NCBI GenBank assembly: GCA_017398945.1
Contig: JAFQES010000018.1
Location: forward strand, 74,494-138,493
From: Bacilli bacterium
GTDB taxonomy: Bacteria > Bacillota_I > Bacilli_A > RF39 > UBA660
DNA length: 64,000 bases
Direction: 5' to 3'
Positions 1 to 8,806 of the stretch are shown piece by piece. Position numbers and translations under genes: made by a program. Position 1 is the stretch's first letter. Each line of letters opens with the position of its first letter. The notes beneath the pieces are model-generated. The model was not told where the DNA came from. It worked only from the letters and a program-made list of their open reading frames with translations, and did no database searches.

Positions 1-1071
1 ATCGATTTTATACCGTTTATATGTTTCTGTTACGACATCAGTAAACATTGCTAAAACATCATCTTCAATACTTGGCGTATAGTATTTCATAAAAGCTTTT
101 AATTGTTGTAAAGTTTTAGCTATAACTGTATATCCTAAGCCTTGAGCTATTTCAGTTTCATCGATATCTAAAACAACTTCTAAAGGATTTATCATTCCAA
201 GTTGTCCACCACTACCTAAATCGATAAAGTCTCCACCAACAATATCACACATGTTTTGTAATTCACCTTCTGGGTCAATACAAACAACTTTATAACCATT
301 TCTTAAGTGACTTCTAACAAGTAACTTAGCTGCAGTTGATTTACCACTACCAGCAGAACCCAAAATAATAATGTTAGCATTATTACGATTATTTTCTTTC
401 TTTATTTGATATAAAAATTGATTGAATAAAATGACTCCACCAGAGAAATCAACTCCTAAAAGTGTAGAATTTCCTGGATCTTTAATACTATCAAATACAA
501 ATGGATACATTGCCGATAATGTAACAGATGGAATTGGCGTTCCAATTCTATTTTCAATATCTTGGCTTGGAAAAATTGGAATAATAGACTTTAATACTTT
601 TTCTTGTTCAAACATTAAAGATATTCCACGCATTCCGTAACGATCTAAATGATTACGTACATGCATTTTCTTAAGTTCCAAATCTTCTTTATTATCAGCA
701 GTAATCATTAAATGCATTTGGAAATCGAATATACGAGCTTGAGTAGCTGCTAACATCGAAATAAATTGTTCTAATGATTCATAATCCAAACGAATGCTTT
801 CTTGAATTGTATTATCTTTTTCATTTTGATAACGCATCTTTAGTTCTGCTACTTCTTTATTAAGCATTTTTCTAATTGTGTCAAATGGCATTGGAATATG
901 TTTAATCGCTAACTTGACACCACCGATAGCAGTAATATCTGCTAAGTATCCTACTGGAACAGCTTTTGGAAAAGCAATAACAGTCATAATTGTACAATAT
1001 TTACCACCTAAAATAAATTCAGTTGGTTTAAACTCCATCCCTTTTGGAGCTACTTCACTTTTTAATCCCAT
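1..1071 (-). CDS. VirB4/TraE-family type IV secretion (conjugation) ATPase, ATPase portion; 3' end lies beyond the window
   Basis: The minus strand is open from ATG 1069-1071 down to base 1 (357 codons; my translation starts MGLKSEVAPKGMEFKPTEFILGGKYCTIMTVIAFPK...). Walker A 'IILGSAGSGKST' and 'KVVCIDPEGE' fit VirB4/PrgJ/TcpF-type ATPases. It is missing from the ORF track only because no stop lies inside the window. Confidence 0.85.
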   Translation of the reverse strand, partial: MGLKSEVAPKGMEFKPTEFILGGKYCTIMTVIAFPKAVPVGYLADITAIGGVKLAIKHIPMPFDTIRKMLNKEVAELKMRYQNEKDNTIQESIRLDYESLEQFISMLAATQARIFDFQMHLMITADNKEDLELKKMHVRNHLDRYGMRGISLMFEQEKVLKSIIPIFPSQDIENRIGTPIPSVTLSAMYPFVFDSIKDPGNSTLLGVDFSGGVILFNQFLYQIKKENNRNNANIIILGSAGSGKSTAAKLLVRSHLRNGYKVVCIDPEGELQNMCDIVGGDFIDLGSGGQLGMINPLEVVLDIDETEIAQGLGYTVIAKTLQQLKAFMKYYTPSIEDDVLAMFTDVVTETYKRYKID

Positions 1072-1073
1072 TA

Positions 1074-1628
1074 TTACATCACCGTCCCAAAACTAGTATT
1101 AGCACCATCGTTAAAGAAATTATCTAAAATTACTCTTAAATCATTATTAGAAACTTGAACTGAATTTAATCCAGCATTAGCTAAATTCATAATTAAATTA
1201 CGTAATTTCTTTTGAACTATTTCTAATCTCTTTTCTTTAAATAAAATAAAATATTCTGTATCAACAACGCCATATTCTTGACCAGCAAACATATTCCCTT
1301 TGTTGATATCTTGCATGATTAATTTTCGAGCAATTGGATTAGGGTTGTTATTATATAATAATTGTAATTGAGACATATAAACATGAATATCAACTGGACG
1401 ATCTGCTACGATTAACCAAAATTCATAATCAATTGTATTGTAAAAATTACGAAGGGCTGCTAATGCTGAATCTTGAGCTCCTTTTTCTAAAATAAAGATA
1501 TTTTTAGGAGCAATTTTAACCCCACTTACATATTGTCCATCTTCAAGTTGGATCATACCATTTAAAATTTGTTTAATTGGTAACCAATCCTCTGTATATT
1601 TTTCTCCACTATTTTGTGTCATCGCCAT
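1074..1628 (-). CDS. N-terminal segment of the same VirB4-like protein, cut off from the ATPase part by a frame change (possible pseudogene or split gene)
   Basis: The track ORF 1074..1685 (...EKYTEDWLPIKQILNGMIQLEDGQYVSGVKIAPKNIFILE...) sits where the N-terminal domain of Gram-positive VirB4 proteins would be. It ends at TAA 1074-1076, 2 nt before the ATG of the ATPase part. I chose the internal ATG at 1628 as start because the longer form overlaps the upstream gene by 77 nt. Confidence 0.6.
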   Translation of the reverse strand: MAMTQNSGEKYTEDWLPIKQILNGMIQLEDGQYVSGVKIAPKNIFILEKGAQDSALAALRNFYNTIDYEFWLIVADRPVDIHVYMSQLQLLYNNNPNPIARKLIMQDINKGNMFAGQEYGVVDTEYFILFKEKRLEIVQKKLRNLIMNLANAGLNSVQVSNNDLRVILDNFFNDGANTSFGTVM

Positions 1629-1935
1629 ACCACACACACCAACCTTTCCATTTATAGCTTTTTTGCTTAAAAATAAATGTAACAATATTAATGATTAATT
1701 GTAAAACATTATGATAATGAGGCACTGGCATTACTAAGAAAGCTGATACTAATGCCGGTGCTAAAATCATCATCAAAGTTTTAAATTCAGTTGAATTAAT
1801 TACTAACAACATTATAACTGTAGTTAAGACACCAAAACCAAATATAAACAAATCAACCATTGTAAAATAACCCAATATTAATCCCGATCTTTTTGCATTT
1901 GCTGGAATTAAATATGTTTGTTCTTCTTGTTCCAT
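1609..1935 (-). CDS. VirB3/PrgI-like small membrane protein of the T4SS
   Basis: 108 aa with two hydrophobic segments (GLILGYFTMVDLFIFGFGVLTTVIMLLVI; LMMILAPALVSAFLVMPV), placed directly upstream of the VirB4-like gene as PrgI/VirB3-type genes are. Call rests on topology and context. Confidence 0.55.
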   Translation of the reverse strand: MEQEEQTYLIPANAKRSGLILGYFTMVDLFIFGFGVLTTVIMLLVINSTEFKTLMMILAPALVSAFLVMPVPHYHNVLQLIINIVTFIFKQKSYKWKGWCVWYGDDTK

Positions 1936-1950
1936 ATGTTATCTCCCTTT

Positions 1951-4449
1951 TTATTTATCTTTTCCTTTAATTTTCTTTTGAAACTCTTCTCTTTCTTTTG
2001 CTTCTCTTGCTAAAACCTCGTTATTAGCTCGCAATGCTTCAGCTGCATCCTTGATACTTTTAATATCGCTATTAACATTTGCTGTAACCTCATCTATATA
2101 CTCTTGTCCAAGTTCATTAATTTTCTTAACTTGTCCAGTTATAGTTCCACCCATGGACTTTAATTTGCTTTTTAAATTATCCATGGAAGTTCTTATACCC
2201 TCGAAATCACCATAATTACTTTCTGCAATGTCAAAATTTTCGCTTAAATATTTAAAATCACTAGCATGATCAATTATAGTGTTTTGAGTAGCTTTTGTAA
2301 CTTGTTCCACCATATCATCATAGTATTCTTTATATTTCCCATATGCATTTCTTGCATTAACAATTGCCCTTTCTTTAGCGTGCTCAAAGGCCTCTGTATA
2401 TTTTTTATTTAATTCTTCTGTAATTTTTTTCATTTCCGTTTCAAACTCGTCAGATCCTTCAGTATACATTTTTGAAACTTCTAATTTCTTAGTGTCTAAT
2501 TCTTTATTATATTCAACACCGCCAAGATAATCATCTATGTTAATTGATGTAGCAGCATCAGAAAAATCTGTTTTTGTCATTGTACTAAGTACTGCTTTGA
2601 ATTGCGCTATACTAACTCCGCCTTCTAATGCTCCTGTTTCAATAAATACAGTAGCAACATCCTTGCCTGTTTTTCCCTTAAATTTACCATAATTCATTAG
2701 TCCGTCTTTTAATATACATTTTCCATCTTCTATTTTTCCAATTTTTTCGTTTGTTTCAGCATCTAAAATGTCACTTCCATCTAATTTCATTCCCATTTTA
2801 TCTAACATCTTAAATTTTGCAATTACAGAATCTGCACCAGATACCGCATTTTTCTGATAACTTAATAATTGATTTGCATCGTCAATAACAACTTGATAAT
2901 TTCCAGCTTTTCCTGTCGCCCACTCCATAATATGATCTTTGCGATATTTTAAATTTTCTGCAATTCTTCCTGTTTGAATTACTTCTCCAGCATCGTTTTT
3001 TTGATTAAATAAATAAGGGTTACTAGTTAATGCTGTATATTTTCCAGAGGTCTTGGCATCAGTTCTTGAATTAGCCTTATGAATGCTTCCTTTCATATCT
3101 CCAAAGGTTTTAGCATCCTTACTTGATGTCGCTCCTCTCCATCCACCAGAAACTAATCCACCAACTGCACTAGCTACTCCACGCCCAATTAAACCTGCGC
3201 CTTTTAATTTTGACCATTTATCTTCGCTTTCTAGTTGTTTTTTTCTAATATCATAATAACCTTTTGAAGCTGCTCCTCTTTTAACAAGACCAGATAATGC
3301 ACCACCAACTAATCCTCCGGCCATAAATGCTCCTCCAGCAGATAATTTATCTTTGATACCCATACTCATATTTTTGCTGTCTATACCAGTTATTTCACTT
3401 ATTAATTGTGGAGCTTGTTTAGCAAACATTAAACAGCCCATAATTAGTAAAGCTCTTAACGTACGTATTGTAAAAAAACCTGCATTCTGATCTATAATTT
3501 TTCCATTATTAAGAACAACACAAATTACTCTTATTAAGTAAACCATTAAAAATAGCACTGCAATTCTAAGCATTGCTTCAAAAAAAGTTGTTAAAGTTAC
3601 TTTTATCCATTTTTTTAACATATCTTTTTTACCAGGAATTATATCAGCCATAGCTGGAAGTGGAGCTATGATTTCATAAAGAGCTAACTTTACTAGTCTT
3701 AGTGCAAGGGATAAGTTATAGCTAATCATCATATACAGACAAAAACCTCCTGCGATTATAGCAAAAACCCAATTATATACTATATATCCGTCTCCACGAG
3801 TTTCTTCGTTTATGACATCAGCATAATGTTTATAATGATTAAAATTACCATCAGCTACAACCATGTCATGAATTTCTTGAAATTTTCTTCCACCATAATT
3901 AAAATTAGCTATTTCTTCTTGAATGGTTTCATTATCTTTTGATTCTTCCGCTATATATGGATAGAAAAAAGATTCAAATATAGTAATAGAAATATCTATT
4001 CCAGCTTGATCAATAGCTTCAGCAACAGTTTGTTGATCCCCTGTTTGAGAAACTAAATATTCATTTTTAGAATTAGAATCATTTGTTCCTAATATTATTT
4101 TTCCTATTGTGTTTTTTTCTAGCAATGAATCTTGTACTACAAACGCAAATTCAAATGCAGTTGGGACTATAGCAATAACAATAATTGCTTTTATTACGTC
4201 TAAAATAATTTTACCTGTTCCATTTTTATCTTTTGCATCAGGATTTACGATTGTTCTTAACATTGAGTAAGCTAAGAAAAATAGCATCACAACCCCTATT
4301 ACAGTGTACATTCTTCTTATAATTGGCGCTAAAACATTATCTTCAGTGCTAAATATATTTAATCTTGCTAAATAAAGAAAAATATTATATAAAGCGGCTA
4401 CGCCACTATATATCCAACTTACTACTTCAATCAAAAAGTTATTTATCAT
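1951..4449 (-). CDS. VirB6/TrbL-like polytopic membrane protein with a long charged C-terminal half
   Basis: 832 aa. The N-terminal ~400 aa has multiple TM segments, followed by a Gly-rich stretch (SAGGAFMAGGLVGGALSGLV) and a Lys/Glu-rich, coiled-coil-like C-terminus. It lies between the pilin-like genes and the VirB3/VirB4-like genes. Call rests on architecture and context. Confidence 0.55.
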   Translation of the reverse strand: MINNFLIEVVSWIYSGVAALYNIFLYLARLNIFSTEDNVLAPIIRRMYTVIGVVMLFFLAYSMLRTIVNPDAKDKNGTGKIILDVIKAIIVIAIVPTAFEFAFVVQDSLLEKNTIGKIILGTNDSNSKNEYLVSQTGDQQTVAEAIDQAGIDISITIFESFFYPYIAEESKDNETIQEEIANFNYGGRKFQEIHDMVVADGNFNHYKHYADVINEETRGDGYIVYNWVFAIIAGGFCLYMMISYNLSLALRLVKLALYEIIAPLPAMADIIPGKKDMLKKWIKVTLTTFFEAMLRIAVLFLMVYLIRVICVVLNNGKIIDQNAGFFTIRTLRALLIMGCLMFAKQAPQLISEITGIDSKNMSMGIKDKLSAGGAFMAGGLVGGALSGLVKRGAASKGYYDIRKKQLESEDKWSKLKGAGLIGRGVASAVGGLVSGGWRGATSSKDAKTFGDMKGSIHKANSRTDAKTSGKYTALTSNPYLFNQKNDAGEVIQTGRIAENLKYRKDHIMEWATGKAGNYQVVIDDANQLLSYQKNAVSGADSVIAKFKMLDKMGMKLDGSDILDAETNEKIGKIEDGKCILKDGLMNYGKFKGKTGKDVATVFIETGALEGGVSIAQFKAVLSTMTKTDFSDAATSINIDDYLGGVEYNKELDTKKLEVSKMYTEGSDEFETEMKKITEELNKKYTEAFEHAKERAIVNARNAYGKYKEYYDDMVEQVTKATQNTIIDHASDFKYLSENFDIAESNYGDFEGIRTSMDNLKSKLKSMGGTITGQVKKINELGQEYIDEVTANVNSDIKSIKDAAEALRANNEVLAREAKEREEFQKKIKGKDK

Positions 4450-4467
4450 ATACTATTTACTCCTTTA

Positions 4468-5751
4468 CTAACTTAATTTACACGTGGTGTAAGCCCCTAA
4501 TAAAGATAATATAAAATTAATTAATATTGGGAGAAAGAATATTACAATAGCAGCAATTAATCTTTTTACGGCAGTTGTTGTAGATTTTTTTAGTTGGTCT
4601 TTATCTTGATTTATTGTAGCTTTAATAAAATCCATAGTGCTTAAAGCAAACGTTAAAATAATTGCGCCATATTTCATGATATTTAATGTTAAATCCAAAT
4701 AATATGCTGGTTCACAATTAGTCCCCGTCGGACACTCACGACTTCCTAAAAAACCTTCACAGCCTTCTTCTCCGCCCCAATCGATTTTATATTTTTCTAT
4801 ACTTTTAATTCGAAAATTAGCATAATTTCCTAAGCCTTCTGCAAGGTCATTTATATTTTCTGAAACATTTCCTATGTATTCTTGTCTTTGCTCTTCGCTT
4901 AATGATTGATCATTTTCTATAACTTTTTGACACGAATCATAAGCTGAATTAAATTTTGTATTAACTACAGAGGCTACCTTATCAAAAGCATTAGTGTTTA
5001 ACATAAAATCTGGAATATCTTCCACTTGCCAATCGCTATGAATAAAATATGATTGGATTAATTGTTTTTTTATTTGAGTTTCTATTTCTGTAATGTATTC
5101 AGTTACTATTCCATTTTCATCTTCCCTTTTATTTTTCAAATTATTACAAAATGGATTTTCTTCCAAACTTTTATCAGGATAAACACTAAATTTAACAGCT
5201 AAATATTTATCTAACATTGTATTAATAATTTTTTCTTGCTCAGACATAAAATTGAAAGTTCTAATTGCATTTGTTATTGTCCAAGACTTTTCCTTGTGTT
5301 TTGTTTCTAAATAGAATTTTTCATCAGTTGGTTCGTCAAAAAATTTTGGTTCCCCAATTGCTCCCAATGCATCCGGCAAGTCAAAGTAAGCATATGATGG
5401 ACATTGATAAGCTTCTATCATTTCTTTAAATTTTGTTTTATTTAAAGTTTCTCGAGGTATTAAAGCTATCGGATCTGAAGACTTAATACTATATGACTTA
5501 ATTTCATTATCTACCTTTAAACCTTGATAAATCAATTCATATTTATCTGAATTAGGAGAATAGTAAATTGCTGATTTTAATTTTATTAATTTGTTTTCAT
5601 TGGAATCCTTTGAGTTTTTATATTGCAAATGATTTTCATACTCACAAATTTTCACAGAATCACCATATGAAGGTTCCAAATCTGTAGCTAGAACTTTTGT
5701 GGGAAGAAACATAAAAATAACTAGTATTACAAAAAATATAACTTTCTTCAT
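4468..5751 (-). CDS. Secreted T4SS-associated protein with a C-terminal pilin-like two-TM module
   Basis: 427 aa with signal peptide MKKVIFFVILVIFMFLPTKVLA. The last ~80 aa (IMKYGAIILTFALSTMDFIKATINQDKDQLKKSTTTAVKRLIAAIVIFFLPILINFIL) align with the 124-aa and 139-aa pilin-like proteins at 5760..6134 and 35892..36308. Confidence 0.5.
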   Translation of the reverse strand: MKKVIFFVILVIFMFLPTKVLATDLEPSYGDSVKICEYENHLQYKNSKDSNENKLIKLKSAIYYSPNSDKYELIYQGLKVDNEIKSYSIKSSDPIALIPRETLNKTKFKEMIEAYQCPSYAYFDLPDALGAIGEPKFFDEPTDEKFYLETKHKEKSWTITNAIRTFNFMSEQEKIINTMLDKYLAVKFSVYPDKSLEENPFCNNLKNKREDENGIVTEYITEIETQIKKQLIQSYFIHSDWQVEDIPDFMLNTNAFDKVASVVNTKFNSAYDSCQKVIENDQSLSEEQRQEYIGNVSENINDLAEGLGNYANFRIKSIEKYKIDWGGEEGCEGFLGSRECPTGTNCEPAYYLDLTLNIMKYGAIILTFALSTMDFIKATINQDKDQLKKSTTTAVKRLIAAIVIFFLPILINFILSLLGAYTTCKLS

Positions 5752-5759
5752 AAATTCAC

Positions 5760-6134
5760 CTACTCTGAAAATATTCCATCTTTATCGTTTATTTTACATG
5801 AAGATGGTTCCTTTAAACACTTTGTTAAACAATCGAATGTTTTAACTTTATTAACACCATCTACTAAAGACATTACAGCAGTTATTGCATAAGGAATAAA
5901 GAAAATTATTATTGCTGCAATTGCCTTTTTTACTAAAGCACTTATTGCCACTTTGATTGCTTTATCATCGCTTGCTAAAACTGCTTTACCTAGTTCAAAT
6001 GATCCAAGTCCTATTAAAAGAATTGGAATAACAATTTTTAAAAATACTAATACGTATCCAAGTATTTGAAACGCTTTTAATAAGCCACTTTGATCACATA
6101 TTGCAAAGTCAGCTAAAGTAAAAAATTTTTCCAT
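5760..6134 (-). CDS. VirB2/TrbC-like (pilin-like) two-TM conjugal transfer protein, first gene of the T4SS operon
   Basis: 124 aa with a TM hairpin, IVIPILLIGLGSFELGKAVLASDDKAIKVAISALVKKAIAAIIIFFIPYAI, and a Cys-containing tail. Topology and position match pilin-like genes of Gram-positive and Mollicutes ICE T4SS clusters. Family assignment is from memory of that family and is not verified. Confidence 0.5.
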   Translation of the reverse strand: MEKFFTLADFAICDQSGLLKAFQILGYVLVFLKIVIPILLIGLGSFELGKAVLASDDKAIKVAISALVKKAIAAIIIFFIPYAITAVMSLVDGVNKVKTFDCLTKCLKEPSSCKINDKDGIFSE

Positions 6135-6163
6135 AATAAACCTCCAAAAGATTTATATTCTTT

Positions 6164-6180
6164 GACATAATTATACAATA
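6164..6180 (-). promoter_or_regulatory. Possible extended -10 promoter (TGTATAAT) for the T4SS operon
   Basis: The minus strand reads ...ttattgTATAATtatgtc... about 30 nt upstream of the GGAGG and ATG of 5760..6134, just downstream of the weak hairpin that ends the VanY-like gene. No good -35 element. Confidence 0.3.
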
Positions 6181-6195
6181 AAAAAATAGCTTGTG

Positions 6196-6735
6196 CTATC
6201 TTTTTTTGTTATTTAATTGGAAATATTCTTCTAAAGTTAAGTAATCTCCATTGTTATATAGTTCTTTTGCTAAATTTTTACCTACATATCTAAAGTGCCA
6301 TGGTTCATATTTATAACCAGTAATCAACTTTTTTCCTTTCGGATATCTTAAGATAAATCCAAATTTATAAGAATTATGATATAACCATTTGTATTCTTTA
6401 TGATGTTTTTTTATTAGCTTTGATTCTGTATTTACTAAATCTATTGCCAGTCCAGTTTGATGCTCGGAATAACCTGGCATAGCTAAGTATTTTTTGATAT
6501 TTTCAATATTATCAACACGTAAATACTCTTTTAATAATTTTTGTTGATATTTATAAGATCTATAACCACTTACTATATGTAAATTAATTTTATCTTCTTG
6601 AGCTTGACGCCACATTTTATCATATTGGATTAATAATTCTTTATTTAGTTTTTTAGGATTAAAAAATCTAGATAATTTATATTTTTTATTAACTATTAGT
6701 ATTTTTTCTTTATTAAATTTAACATACTTTTTCAC
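6196..6735 (-). CDS. D-alanyl-D-alanine carboxypeptidase, peptidase M15B (VanY-like)
   Basis: Motifs SGYRSYKYQ, SEHQTGLAIDL and EPWHFRYVG match the VanY/M15B zinc-binding and catalytic motifs. No N-terminal signal peptide or TM segment is visible. Confidence 0.85.
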   Translation of the reverse strand: MKKYVKFNKEKILIVNKKYKLSRFFNPKKLNKELLIQYDKMWRQAQEDKINLHIVSGYRSYKYQQKLLKEYLRVDNIENIKKYLAMPGYSEHQTGLAIDLVNTESKLIKKHHKEYKWLYHNSYKFGFILRYPKGKKLITGYKYEPWHFRYVGKNLAKELYNNGDYLTLEEYFQLNNKKR

Positions 6736-6803
6736 TATATCACCAATGTAATTCTATGCTAATTTTTAATTTACTTTAAACATATAATTTGTTAAAATAA
6801 ATT

Positions 6804-7367
6804 ATGAAAGGATATGATAGTATGCCTAAGGCAAAAAAAGTTAAAAATATACCTGTAAAAAATTATTATATGGTTATTTTTATTATTATAGCAGTAATAT
6901 TAGCTACTTTATATATTTTTAAAATGTACGAAGTAAAAAAAGCTGAAAAATATCAAGAAAGTTACCTAATTACAAGTGAAACAGTTAGTTTAGAAATTAA
7001 TGATTTAAACGAAATTAATCAAGTGTTTATGGAAGCCCCAGAAACTTATTTTGTTTATATTGGTTATACTAAAGATGAAAATGTTTATAATTTTGAAAAA
7101 GAACTAAAACCAATTATTGAAGAATATGGTTTAAAGGATGTCTTTTATTACATCGATGCTACTAATTTAAAGGAAGAAGATAATTATCTTGATAAATTAA
7201 ATGATAGTTTAAATTTAAAAGAAGATAAATTAGATAAGATACCAGCTATTATATATTTCAATAATGATACTTATGAAATTGTCAAAAGAGATGATGATAA
7301 TATGATTAAAGCTGCAGACTTAGGCAAATTATTAGATATAAATAATATAGAAAAGATAAGCCAATAA
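6804..7367 (+). CDS. Membrane-anchored protein with a thioredoxin-fold-like ectodomain lacking CxxC (hypothetical)
   Basis: 187 aa with an N-terminal TM segment (YYMVIFIIIAVILATLYIF) and a C-terminal 'IPAIIYFNND' strand like thioredoxin-fold proteins, but no cysteine pair. The ATG at 6822 has the better SD (AAAGGA). Confidence 0.4.
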   Translation: MKGYDSMPKAKKVKNIPVKNYYMVIFIIIAVILATLYIFKMYEVKKAEKYQESYLITSETVSLEINDLNEINQVFMEAPETYFVYIGYTKDENVYNFEKELKPIIEEYGLKDVFYYIDATNLKEEDNYLDKLNDSLNLKEDKLDKIPAIIYFNNDTYEIVKRDDDNMIKAADLGKLLDINNIEKISQ

Positions 7368-7393
7368 GGCTTATTTTTTAAAGGAGTTAAAAG

Positions 7394-7906
7394 ATGATAA
7401 ATATAGTTTTATTTGAACCAGAAATACCTACTAATACTGGTAATATTATGAGAAGTTGTATTGCTACTAAATCTACCCTACATTTAATTAAACCTCTAGG
7501 TTTTTCTTTAGATGATAAATACGTTAAAAGAAGTGGTGTCAATTATATAGATAAATGTAATTATAAAATTTATGAGAATATAGAAGATTTTTATAATCAA
7601 AATGAGGGAACAATGTATTATTTTACAAGATATGGTCATAAACCACATACTTCCTTTGATTATAGTGATTCTAATGAAAATATCTATTTTATTTTTGGTA
7701 AGGAAAGTACTGGAATACCACCTAAGTTATTAAAACCTCATTTAGATAAATGCATGCGCATTCCAATGAGTGCTGATGTAAGAAGTCTTAACTTATCTAA
7801 TTGTGTTGCAATTGTCTTATACGAAGCTTTAAGACAACAAAATTATAATGATTTATTATTTGATGAACCACATAAAAGTAAAACTTTTATTGAAGACGAA
7901 AATTAA
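7394..7906 (+). CDS. trmL: tRNA (cytidine/uridine-2'-O)-methyltransferase TrmL (SpoU/TrmH family)
   Basis: MINIVLFEPEIPTNTGNIMRSC..., GKESTGIP and RSLNLSN are the SpoU-type motifs. The ~170 aa size fits TrmL. Confidence 0.85.
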   Translation: MINIVLFEPEIPTNTGNIMRSCIATKSTLHLIKPLGFSLDDKYVKRSGVNYIDKCNYKIYENIEDFYNQNEGTMYYFTRYGHKPHTSFDYSDSNENIYFIFGKESTGIPPKLLKPHLDKCMRIPMSADVRSLNLSNCVAIVLYEALRQQNYNDLLFDEPHKSKTFIEDEN

Positions 7907-7916
7907 AAATATAAAG

Positions 7917-8741
7917 TTAATCTAAAACTTTATATTTTTTATTTTCTTTTTCAATTTGTTTTAAGCTTTTATCAGGTGTAGGTAAAGCTTCTGGCATCGT
8001 TCCACCAATATCTGCAATTGCTTTCCTAACTTTTTTCCCAACATCATAATGTACTTGATTGGCATTATTTTCTCCTTGGACTTTATCTTTCTTTAATTTT
8101 TGTTCTGTTTGCGAAATTCTAAATAAGTTTGCGATAAGTTCGTCACTACCCATATTATCTAAAATATCTTCTCTATAGTTAAGATTTTTTCTTTTAGCAA
8201 TATCATTTGCTGTTTCTCCATTATATAATCCCTTATAACCAGCGTTATGAAACTTATCAAAATTTTTAACTGCAGAGTTTTTAGCAGCAATGTTTAAGGA
8301 ATGATTTCCTTTTCTAGTTAAGTTTCTTTGGTAGAATCTTTTTTCTTCTTCAGTCAAACTAGAATATTCTTTTTCAGTAATTTCCATTTTCCTAGTTTGG
8401 ATAGCAAAATAAGTTTGTCCAAGAGCAACAGATTTTTTTCTAGGATTAGCATTTTGTACTATTAAATAACATGCATATCTTGACAAACGATAATCTACAA
8501 TATTTTGAATATTTCCTTTACCGCCTACTATCGGTTTCCTGACTTCAGGAAACTGATCAAAAGCTTTTGAAGTACTGTTTTCACATGAAACTATCGCTTG
8601 TTTTATGACTCTGTGAAAATTTTCCCATTTACTATATTCAAGTATTGGCATTAGCTCTCTCGCTTCCCAATATTCTCTTCCGAGTTCATCTATATGTTTT
8701 ATATTTTCAAATATATTATGATTAATTTCTAAATCAGTCAT
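7917..8741 (-). CDS. dinD: DNA-damage-inducible protein D (DinD family), copy 1
   Basis: LSRYACYLIVQNA, GQTYFAIQTRK, HNAGYKGLYNG, DNMGSDELIANLFRISQTEQKL and GGTMPEALPTP are collinear with E. coli DinD. Confidence 0.85.
   Translation of the reverse strand: MTDLEINHNIFENIKHIDELGREYWEARELMPILEYSKWENFHRVIKQAIVSCENSTSKAFDQFPEVRKPIVGGKGNIQNIVDYRLSRYACYLIVQNANPRKKSVALGQTYFAIQTRKMEITEKEYSSLTEEEKRFYQRNLTRKGNHSLNIAAKNSAVKNFDKFHNAGYKGLYNGETANDIAKRKNLNYREDILDNMGSDELIANLFRISQTEQKLKKDKVQGENNANQVHYDVGKKVRKAIADIGGTMPEALPTPDKSLKQIEKENKKYKVLD
8046..8400. repeat. Near-identical ~350-bp direct repeat shared by the two tandem dinD copies (copy A)
   Basis: By-eye alignment with 8909-9263 shows only a handful of mismatches across ~350 nt. 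The flanking gene parts are clearly diverged. Confidence 0.8.
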
Positions 8742-8806
8742 TATATATCACTCCTTTCATTAGTTATATTTCTAAAGTTTAAATTATTTCCTTGTTATAT
8801 TTGGTT

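Noticed and set aside
6735-7400. An ICE boundary (att repeat, integrase, tRNA target) at the right end of the T4SS cluster.
   Set aside because: No integrase, tRNA gene or convincing direct repeat is visible. The element continues to the left of the window, so its borders cannot be assessed here.
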